NCBI GenBank assembly: GCA_046757165.1
Contig: JBHHXT010000045.1
Span: 1-29,649 of the forward strand
DNA: 29,649 nucleotides
Source of the DNA: a bacterium
GTDB lineage: Bacteria; Zhuqueibacterota; Zhuqueibacteria; Oceanimicrobiales; Oceanimicrobiaceae
Direction of reading: 5' to 3'
A program made the translations under genes and the position numbers. The notes under the pieces were generated by a model that had not been told where the DNA came from, ran no database searches, and saw only the letters and a program-made list of their open reading frames with translations. The stretch's first letter is position 1. Each line of letters opens with the position of its first letter. Positions 9,002 through 16,521 of the stretch are shown one piece after another.

Positions 9002-10399
9002 ATGAAGAAAAACAAGATCTTAATTGCTGACGACGACAAGAACATTCTGTTTGCTTTCCGCAAAACGTTCGAGAGCGACGGTTTTACTGTCGTGACAGCT
9101 ACCACCGGCGCCGAGGCATTGGAAAAGGTGGAGTCTGAGCGGCCGACGCTCATCTTCATGGATATTACCATGCCAGAAAAGTCCGGCCTCGAGGCATTAA
9201 AGGAAATCAAAGAGCGGGGATTCAATGTCCCCGTGGTGGTCATTACGGGATATGGCACCATGCAAACCGCCGTAAAAGCTGTACAGCATGGCGCATACGA
9301 GTATCTCACCAAACCGCTGGACGTCGACAAGGTTCGGGTTGTTACCCATCGTGCTCTGGAGATGGTCCGACTGCGTCGCGAGGTGGAAGAGCTCAAGGCG
9401 AAACTGAGCCAGCCGGCCCAGGAGCATGACCTCATCGGGAATGCCCCGCGGATGCAGGAAGTCTACAAGACGATAGGCTCCATCACCACAACGCCCAACT
9501 CGACTAATGTGCTGATTGTTGGTGAGAGCGGCACGGGCAAGGAATTGGTTGTGCGGGCCATTCACCACAACGGTCCGTTTGCCGCCCAACCTCTGGTGGC
9601 TATCAACTGTACGGTCCTGCCTGAAACGTTGCTGGAGAGTGAGCTTTTCGGCCACGAAAAGGGGGCCTTTACCGGCGCTGACAAACTCAAATTGGGCAAG
9701 TTCGAGATCGCCAAGCAGGGCACGATCTACCTGGACGAAATCGGGGATATGTCTCCCAAGCTGCAACAAAAACTCTTACGCGTCTTGCAGGAACGCGTAT
9801 TCAATCGATTGGGGGGCCACGATCAGATAGAAGTCAAAGCCCGTTTTATCGCCTCCACAAACAGGGATCTGGAAAAAGAAGTTCGCGCGGGGAACTTCCG
9901 CGAGGATCTCTACTTTCGCCTCAATGTCATGCGAATCCGCTTACCCGCTTTGAGAGAACGACCCGAGGATATTCCGATTCTGGCGTATTACTTTTTGGCT
10001 AAATACAACCAGCGGTTAAGCAAGAATGTGAAAATCATTTCCGATGAAGTGATGACGATGTTGAAGTCCCACTCCTTTCCCGGCAACGTGAGAGAATTGG
10101 AGAACGCCGTTGAGCATGGCGTTGCGCTCGAAAAGGGCGAGATCCTGCTGCCGGATTCCATGCCCGTACACTTGAATAAGATCGACCAACAGGAAACCTT
10201 AGATATTCCCATCACCAGCCCCATCTTACACGACGCTCGTCGGGATGTCCTGGCTGCCTTTGAGAAGAAGTTTCTCATTGAACGGCTGCGGGCGCATAAG
10301 GGCAATGTCACCGCCGCGGCCAAAGAAGCCCGGATTCAGCGTCAAAGCTTTCAGCGCTTGATGAAACGGTATGATGTTGATTCCAGCGATTTTCGCTGA
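9002..10399 (+). CDS. NtrC-family sigma54-dependent response regulator
   Basis: Receiver (FMDITMP), GESGTGKE, ESELFGHEKGAFTGA, YLDEIG, FPGNVRELEN and a C-terminal HTH. Confidence 0.97.
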   Translation: MKKNKILIADDDKNILFAFRKTFESDGFTVVTATTGAEALEKVESERPTLIFMDITMPEKSGLEALKEIKERGFNVPVVVITGYGTMQTAVKAVQHGAYEYLTKPLDVDKVRVVTHRALEMVRLRREVEELKAKLSQPAQEHDLIGNAPRMQEVYKTIGSITTTPNSTNVLIVGESGTGKELVVRAIHHNGPFAAQPLVAINCTVLPETLLESELFGHEKGAFTGADKLKLGKFEIAKQGTIYLDEIGDMSPKLQQKLLRVLQERVFNRLGGHDQIEVKARFIASTNRDLEKEVRAGNFREDLYFRLNVMRIRLPALRERPEDIPILAYYFLAKYNQRLSKNVKIISDEVMTMLKSHSFPGNVRELENAVEHGVALEKGEILLPDSMPVHLNKIDQQETLDIPITSPILHDARRDVLAAFEKKFLIERLRAHKGNVTAAAKEARIQRQSFQRLMKRYDVDSSDFR

Positions 10400-10448
10400 C
10401 AGATTCAGCTTCCCAGTCACGCCACATCAAGTCTCCTCTCCAGGCGAG

Positions 10449-10488
10449 TGCCACCTTTTCTGTCGCACCTGCCGCCAGGAATGTGACA
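10449..10488. promoter_or_regulatory. Tandem candidate enhancer (UAS) sites for a sigma54 activator
   Basis: TGCCACC-N5-TGTCGCA (10449) and TGCCGCC-N5-TGTGACA (10470): imperfect dyads 21 bp apart, about 100-140 bp upstream of the sigma54-like motif. Confidence 0.5.
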
Positions 10489-10586
10489 GATTCTTAGTAT
10501 GTGATAGGACTAGCGCTTCGTCAGTGAAGGCGGTAACTTGATTTAAAAAAAGGACTTGCAGAGGTGCTGGCAGATTCTTCTTTTTG

Positions 10587-10602
10587 TGGCATGTCCTTTG
10601 AA
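10587..10602 (+). promoter_or_regulatory. Putative sigma54 promoter (TTGA variant at -12)
   Basis: TGGCATGTCCTTTGAA, GG-N10-GA, about 63 bp before the ATG at 10665. Confidence 0.5.
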
Positions 10603-10664
10603 TCGCGTTGAGGGAGTTATGCAAGCTTATTTTTTGTCAATAACCAAATCAGGAGGAATTCGCT

Positions 10665-11915
10665 ATGGAAAAAACAATCTTGCTTCCCCTCAGCTTTGTC
10701 TTTATCTGGCTTGCCTTTGCTTCAGTTCCAGAGGCACACGCCATTCCTGCCTGGGCGCGCAAGTACAAAACCAGTTGTTCGACTTGCCATTATGCTTATC
10801 CGAAATTGAATGGCTTTGGCAAAGCGTTTGCCAACAACGGGTTTCGTTATCCCGGTGGTGATGAGAATTTCAGGAAGGAAGAACCGACCAGCCTGGGCTC
10901 CGAAAGTTACAAGCGCGTCTGGCCTGATGCGATTTGGCCCTCCGACATCCCCGGCGCTCTACCTTTGGCCATCCATACAATCGGTCGTATCAATTACGCA
11001 CCCGATGCGGACATTAAGTCAACCTTTGAGTTTCCGCACGAATTCGAGTTGATCTTCGGTGGGACGCTCGGGGAGAATGTCTCGTTCATCGGTGAGGTCG
11101 AAATAGAAAACGAGGACAACGAAAACGAATTTGCTTTTCCCTTTCATTTTCAGTGGGACTTCAACCCGCGCTGGCACATTCGTGTCGGCAACGTCTCACC
11201 CGACCCCACGCCTGAGCCTCTGCGCATGACGCGCAACCACTACAACGTGGCGAGCTTTCGTAGTCGCAACCGGGTTCGTCTTCGGGATGAACATGCCGGC
11301 ATTGAGCTCTGGGGGGCTGGAAATGGCGCCGGAGGCAGAGGAGGCTATCGTTTCCAACTAGGCGTGGTCAACGGGCAGGGCAGGAATGACGCCAACAGTG
11401 AGAAAGACCTCTATGGTATCTTTTCGTACAAGATTGGGGGTCTGGGAGAAATTGGCGGTACCGAAGGTCAGGAAAGCGAAACCTCGGCTTTTTACGTCGA
11501 CAACAATTTGCGTCTCGGCGGTTTCTTCTACCTCGGTACTGCCACGAAAGATGCGGTAGATGAAGACTTCCAAATGTTTGGCGGTCTGGTCGATTTCTGG
11601 ATCAATCGATTCCAACTCAATAGCACAGTGATGTACATGAATTCCGAATTGCCCGGTTCGCCTGATCGAAAGTCGCTGCTCTGGTATGCCGAAGGCAACT
11701 ATGTCCTTTATCCCTGGCTCATCGGTTTGCTGCGGTTTGAGTACACCGATTCGGATACAGATGATGATGTGAGCGATCCGGTGACCTCCCTCATTCCAGC
11801 TGTCACCATCGTGGCGAGGGCAAACGTCCGGTTTACGGCCGAGTACCTCATTCCTTTGGACGATGCCAGCAAGAAAAAAGACCTGTTCGTTCTTCAGGCG
11901 CAATTGGGGTTCTAG
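10665..11915 (+). CDS. Cyc2-like fused monoheme cytochrome c / outer-membrane porin (copy 2)
   Basis: Signal peptide ending AHA, then IPAWARKYKTSCSTCHYAYPKLNGFGKAFANNGF; beta-barrel body; C-terminal LGF. AGGAGG RBS. Clear paralog of 587..1858. Confidence 0.8.
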   Translation: MEKTILLPLSFVFIWLAFASVPEAHAIPAWARKYKTSCSTCHYAYPKLNGFGKAFANNGFRYPGGDENFRKEEPTSLGSESYKRVWPDAIWPSDIPGALPLAIHTIGRINYAPDADIKSTFEFPHEFELIFGGTLGENVSFIGEVEIENEDNENEFAFPFHFQWDFNPRWHIRVGNVSPDPTPEPLRMTRNHYNVASFRSRNRVRLRDEHAGIELWGAGNGAGGRGGYRFQLGVVNGQGRNDANSEKDLYGIFSYKIGGLGEIGGTEGQESETSAFYVDNNLRLGGFFYLGTATKDAVDEDFQMFGGLVDFWINRFQLNSTVMYMNSELPGSPDRKSLLWYAEGNYVLYPWLIGLLRFEYTDSDTDDDVSDPVTSLIPAVTIVARANVRFTAEYLIPLDDASKKKDLFVLQAQLGF

Positions 11916-11946
11916 TAGGATCGAAAACTTGAAAAAGGGGACTGAG

Positions 11947-12423
11947 ATGATCGACTTGCTCAGGGTATCGAGAGTTTTCAAGGAACTGACTGACGATGAA
12001 TTGCAGGAGGTTGCTAACTGTTGTCAACGTGTTTCTCTCGAGATCGGGGAACGCATTTTCGAAGCTGAAACTCCTGCGGAATATTTGTTCATCGTCGGGA
12101 GGGGGTCGGTAGAACTTCGCTTCAGAGTCACGCATTACCATGCCACAAAAGAAATCATTCTCGAGCGCAAGTTCAAGGGCGATACCCTGGGCTGGTCGGC
12201 CTTGGCAGAGCCATATGTCTATACGCTCTCGGCGGTCACCATGCAAGATTCCGAGCTTTTGAAGCTCAAAGCGAGTGATATCAAAGGAGTGTGTGAACAG
12301 AACAAAAGAATTGGCTATGTTCTGATGAAGAATATTTCAGAGATTATTGGGGAAAGATTCGCTTCCATTCAGAGGTTGGTGATCGATCTGATCCAGGACA
12401 ACCTGAATGAAAAGCAGCTTTGA
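11947..12423 (+). CDS. Stand-alone cyclic-nucleotide-binding (Crp/Fnr sensor) domain protein without HTH
   Basis: F.EL...EL..VA, GERIF....PA.YLFIV..G.V, GDTLGWSAL and Y...A motifs; 158 aa ending after the dimerisation helix. ATG 11947 follows AAGGGG. Confidence 0.85.
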   Translation: MIDLLRVSRVFKELTDDELQEVANCCQRVSLEIGERIFEAETPAEYLFIVGRGSVELRFRVTHYHATKEIILERKFKGDTLGWSALAEPYVYTLSAVTMQDSELLKLKASDIKGVCEQNKRIGYVLMKNISEIIGERFASIQRLVIDLIQDNLNEKQL

Positions 12424-12501
12424 AGATGACCCGAACAACGCCGAGCCCTTTGCTCGCTAAGTTCTCACCCAAGCAAACGAATAACCCATGGAGAAAAAAG
12501 C

Positions 12502-13104
12502 ATGAATCGTTCAACTATTATTCCGATGACGCTTCTGGTTCTATTTGCTGTCTTCAGTGCGGGTCGTGTGGGGGCGGGGACCATCAAAGGCAAAATTACT
12601 GTCAAAGGCGCACGAGACGCCAGAAATGTGGTTGTCTATGTTGATTCTGCGGCAGGTGAATTCAAGCCGCCCAAAGAACATGTGAGAATGGATCAAAAGA
12701 ACCTGACTTTTATTCCACATGTCCTGCCTGTTATTCAAGGGACTACCGTGGAGTACCTCAACAGCGACGACGTGTTGCACAACGTGTTTACTCCGGACAA
12801 ATGCGCAGAGAAATTCAATCTGGGGACCTGGGCCAAGGGTAAAAGTAAGTCTTATGAATTCAAGGAACGGGGTTGTGTTTCGGTGATGCTTTGCAACGTG
12901 CATCCCGAAATGGAGGCCTGGATTGTGGTGCTGCAAAATCCTTACTATTCCAAAACCGGTAAGGACGGCGTATTTACGATCGAAAACGTGCCTGCGGGAA
13001 AATATACCCTGCGGGTCTGGCACAAAAAGCTCAAAGCAAAACCTGTAGAAATAGAGGTTCCTGCCAAAGGTGAAATCACCGTTGATTTCTTGATGAAGAG
13101 ATAA
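12502..13104 (+). CDS. Periplasmic cupredoxin with carboxypeptidase-regulatory-like domain (paralog of 1874..2500)
   Basis: Signal peptide; DQKNLTFIPHVLPV, HNVF and CNVHPEM. Confidence 0.88.
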   Translation: MNRSTIIPMTLLVLFAVFSAGRVGAGTIKGKITVKGARDARNVVVYVDSAAGEFKPPKEHVRMDQKNLTFIPHVLPVIQGTTVEYLNSDDVLHNVFTPDKCAEKFNLGTWAKGKSKSYEFKERGCVSVMLCNVHPEMEAWIVVLQNPYYSKTGKDGVFTIENVPAGKYTLRVWHKKLKAKPVEIEVPAKGEITVDFLMKR

Positions 13105-13107
13105 GAT

Positions 13108-13617
13108 ATGGCTTCCAAATTCAAATCCGCACCGTTTTTGATTTTGGCGACGACCATTGGATGCCTCGTCGGCGGGCTTTGGGGCTGGTCGTCGCCCGAT
13201 CCTGTCAGTCGGGAGATTTTCATCAAAGCCCGCCAGTACGCCTTTGACCCCGCCGTCATCCGAGTCAACCAGGGGGATACGCTCCACATCAGGCTGGTTT
13301 CTCTGGATGTCGTACATGGTTTTTTTCTCGAGGGGCACGATGTGGACGCTGAGGTGTTTGCGCATCAGAAGACGTTTAATGTTCGGCACCTGTCTACCGA
13401 TGGGGGCTGGTCCGAGGTGAAGGAGGTCGTCGTGGTGACGAATCGCCGCGGCAAGTTTCGATACCGGTGTTCTCACACCTGTGGCAGCATGCATCCGTTC
13501 ATGCAGGGTGAACTCATTGTTCAACCCAATACACCTTATCATGCCGGAGTGGGGGGCGTTTTCGGGCTCTTCATAGGAATGATGTGGCTATTTGTCCAAC
13601 GGGGAAAAGCTTCCTGA
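13108..13617 (+). CDS. Membrane-anchored CuA-domain protein (CoxB/NosZ C-terminal-like)
   Basis: DVVHGF and CSHTCGSMHPFM match H...CxxxCxxxHxxM; hydrophobic N- and C-termini. Confidence 0.82.
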   Translation: MASKFKSAPFLILATTIGCLVGGLWGWSSPDPVSREIFIKARQYAFDPAVIRVNQGDTLHIRLVSLDVVHGFFLEGHDVDAEVFAHQKTFNVRHLSTDGGWSEVKEVVVVTNRRGKFRYRCSHTCGSMHPFMQGELIVQPNTPYHAGVGGVFGLFIGMMWLFVQRGKAS

Positions 13618-13768
13618 ATAGCAGTGCAGCCCGCAGCTCCTGAGAAGCAAACACCCCTGTTACCAAGTTTCCGTCAAGTCAGAATAAAACCGGCCGGCGG
13701 CGCTGGAAAACAAACCCACACCCTTTGGGCAACACCGGAGTCAGGTCAGACAGATAGGAGAGTCGGAA

Positions 13769-15259
13769 ATGAACAAGTCAGCACGACCAATGCCAGAGGC
13801 GGAAAAGAGAGTCGACAGCGGCAGGCCCGTTTCACCTGCTCCGAAATATCCTGCGACAAAAACATCTCGTCTCGATCTTCTTGAGTGGGTCCCAGGTCTC
13901 AAGCGATTTGTGCGTTTGCGATCCTTTCAATTTTGGATGATACTGCCCAATCTTCTCGTCTTCCATTTACTTTTTATTGCGGGAATATTCGGCACGCCCG
14001 TCGGCAACAAGAACATCATTATCGTATTTATCTGGATATTATGGTGGTTTTTGCTGATTGCCCTGATGGTGCCGTTTATGTCTAGAATTTGGTGCACCAT
14101 GTGTCCGATGCCGTTTTTTTCAGACTGGCTGCAGCGCCTGGCTTTGATCAAGGTCAGAATCGGGAAAACCCGGGGCATCAGAAACAAATTGTTCGGTCTC
14201 AATCTTCGTTGGCCGAGACGCCTTTCCAACATATGGCTGCAAAACATCGGTTTTCTGACCCTCTGCACGTTCAGCGCTCATCTGGTGACGCGTCCTATCG
14301 TCACAGTAGAAGTTTTGGGGGGGCTGGTGGTGTTGGCGACTATTCTGGCCCTGGTTTATCAGATGAGAACATTTTGTAACTACATCTGCCCGGTGAGCGG
14401 ATTTCTCAGCCTTTATGCCATGACATCTACGATCGAGCTGCGTTCCAAGGATGCCGATGTGTGTTTGAAATGCAAATCCAAGGGGTGCAGGACCGGCAGC
14501 GAGGAGGGTTGGGCATGTCCCTGGCTTGTTTACATGGGAAAACTGGATCGAAACAACTACTGCGGTCTTTGCATGGAGTGTGTGAAATCGTGCCCAAATG
14601 ACAATATTGCCTTGAATCTCAGGCCGTTCGCCTCAGATACGAAGCTCAAGGGATTTGATGAGGCGTGGAAGGGCTTCATTATGTTAGCCCTGGCCATGGC
14701 TTATTCAGTCATTCTTCTCGGGACAAATGGCACGATCAAAGACTGGGCGAACGTGGCAGAAACCGGGATGTGGGGTGGGTTCGCGATTTATGCCTTGATT
14801 CTATGGTCTGTGGCCCTGGTCTTCGTTCCGGCGGTTTTCTCTGGCTGCGTCTGGTTGGCGCGCCGATTTGCGAACGCAACCGACGTTGCTGTAAAGGATG
14901 TGTTTCTGGGATACGCCTATGTTTTGGTGCCGTTGGGCCTCCTGGCGTGGATCGCTTTCAGTGTTCCCTTGCTTTTTGTCAACGGATCCTATATTATTTC
15001 AGTGATATCCGACCCGCTGGGCTGGGGATGGAACTTGTTCGGAACGGCCCACTTTCCATGGAGACCGCTGTGGCCCGAGTACCTCGGCCTGGTTCAAATC
15101 GGTCTCCTCCTGACCGGGCTGTTCTACGCTCTGAATCGTGGTTACCAGATCGGGGAACGCCTTTTCGGCACGCCACAAGCTGCGCTCAAAGGTCTGGTAC
15201 CCGTAGGTGTCTTCTCTGTAGCGGTAACCCTCGCATTTCTCCAATTCTTTGTGGGTTGA
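13769..15259 (+). CDS. Polytopic membrane polyferredoxin (NapH/NosR/YccM-like 4Fe-4S binding protein)
   Basis: Multiple TM helices; WCTMCP-type and FCNYICP motifs, CLKCKSKGC...CP and CGLCMECVKSCP. Confidence 0.85.
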   Translation: MNKSARPMPEAEKRVDSGRPVSPAPKYPATKTSRLDLLEWVPGLKRFVRLRSFQFWMILPNLLVFHLLFIAGIFGTPVGNKNIIIVFIWILWWFLLIALMVPFMSRIWCTMCPMPFFSDWLQRLALIKVRIGKTRGIRNKLFGLNLRWPRRLSNIWLQNIGFLTLCTFSAHLVTRPIVTVEVLGGLVVLATILALVYQMRTFCNYICPVSGFLSLYAMTSTIELRSKDADVCLKCKSKGCRTGSEEGWACPWLVYMGKLDRNNYCGLCMECVKSCPNDNIALNLRPFASDTKLKGFDEAWKGFIMLALAMAYSVILLGTNGTIKDWANVAETGMWGGFAIYALILWSVALVFVPAVFSGCVWLARRFANATDVAVKDVFLGYAYVLVPLGLLAWIAFSVPLLFVNGSYIISVISDPLGWGWNLFGTAHFPWRPLWPEYLGLVQIGLLLTGLFYALNRGYQIGERLFGTPQAALKGLVPVGVFSVAVTLAFLQFFVG

Positions 15260-15326
15260 GAAACAGGAATCATCCGGCAAAAAGCAGGTGAACGTGAATC
15301 GTTACCAACCGTTTATTGAGGTGCAT

Positions 15327-15536
15327 ATGAACAAGATACTCAGAACCATTTACTGTAAAGAGTGCAAAAAAGACATTCCGATTGAAGAACTCGATGACGG
15401 CACCATCGTCGTTCGTTGTCCCAAATGCGTTGGCGAGTGTATGCTGTGTGATTGTCATTTGGTCAAGGAATGTTTTGCACAGGTCCCGGGGATACAAGTG
15501 GTGCATCCTGACAATGGAAAGGACGGCCAGTCATGA
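15327..15536 (+). CDS. Small 69-aa Cys-rich hypothetical metal-binding protein
   Basis: GAGGTG RBS, ATG 15327; CKEC...CPKC.xxxCMLCDCH....C (8 Cys); stop overlaps the next ATG (ATGA). Confidence 0.7.
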   Translation: MNKILRTIYCKECKKDIPIEELDDGTIVVRCPKCVGECMLCDCHLVKECFAQVPGIQVVHPDNGKDGQS

Positions 15537-16483
15537 AGTGGACTCTGAAGGAAGTTCTCGCAGCCAGCGTGACGATCGTTCTTCTGATCGGTCTTCCGGT
15601 CGTGGTGTTTCAGAACGGTCCCTGGGTTGCAAGAGGGTCCACGCGTGTCATTCATCTAACCGGCGTGATGGCCAATGGCGTCTGGACAGACGAGGAAGTC
15701 ACCGGTCTCAACTATTGGCGCAAAACCTTTCGTCCCGCGACGATTGTTTTGCGGGCAGGCGAGGAGGTTTTGTTACGCCTTTCCAGCTCGGATGGGACGC
15801 ACGGCTTCTATGTTCCGGAATTGAACCTGGGTCCAATTCAAGTCGAATCCGGACATACCGTGGAAGTCCCCCTGCGGGCTCAAAAGGCAGGCCAGTACAC
15901 CTATTACTGCACGCTGGTTTGTGGGGAGTGCCATTACTTTATGCGCGGGACCGTCAAGGTGTTGGCTGAGGGTGAAGCCTTTGCATCTCATGCGGATGAA
16001 ATGGGGACGCCGTCGCTGTGCGAATATCATTCTCCTCCCGACGAGCTGTCCTTCATTGAACGAGGTGAATATCTGTACAAACGGAAGGGGTGTGTGACCT
16101 GTCACGGAGAGGCTGGCAAGGGAGGCGTTTACAATCCCAACTACGTAAAAGAGGTCATCCCGCAACTGAACACCCTGGCCGAGAAAATGAAGATCGACTG
16201 GAAAGAGGATGCTGACATTTTGCTCGGACTGATGGAGTCCGGGACAGATTTGGAGAGCCTGGAAGATGATCCGCCCGTCTGGGGGTACTCCCGCTTTCTG
16301 GCGCAGTACCATTCCATCCGCAAGAAAATCCTCAATGGCGCCCCCTCCTTGCAGAAGTTGGATCCGGACGGGCCGACGCCACCGTTGCACATGCCCGCGT
16401 GGGAGGAGGAGCTTTCATCAGAGGATATCGATGCGATCCTGGCGTACCTCATCAATCAATACCCCTGGCAAGACTATGAATGA
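15533..16483 (+). CDS. CuA domain-cytochrome c fusion (caa3 subunit II-like)
   Basis: N-terminal TM; THGF and CTLVCGECHYFM (CuA); CVTCH heme motif with distal MPAW. Confidence 0.85.
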   Translation: MKWTLKEVLAASVTIVLLIGLPVVVFQNGPWVARGSTRVIHLTGVMANGVWTDEEVTGLNYWRKTFRPATIVLRAGEEVLLRLSSSDGTHGFYVPELNLGPIQVESGHTVEVPLRAQKAGQYTYYCTLVCGECHYFMRGTVKVLAEGEAFASHADEMGTPSLCEYHSPPDELSFIERGEYLYKRKGCVTCHGEAGKGGVYNPNYVKEVIPQLNTLAEKMKIDWKEDADILLGLMESGTDLESLEDDPPVWGYSRFLAQYHSIRKKILNGAPSLQKLDPDGPTPPLHMPAWEEELSSEDIDAILAYLINQYPWQDYE

Positions 16484-16521
16484 CGTTGTGTTTCGGATGA
16501 AAAAGATTGAGACAGCATCCC

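Noticed and set aside
13624..13884. 86-aa ORF between the CuA and polyferredoxin genes
   Set aside because: Overlaps the polyferredoxin start out of frame, with no RBS or motif.
13108..16483. Calling this region a cytochrome c oxidase (coxB) or nos operon
   Set aside because: No subunit I, NosZ catalytic domain or nosD/F/Y/L in the window.
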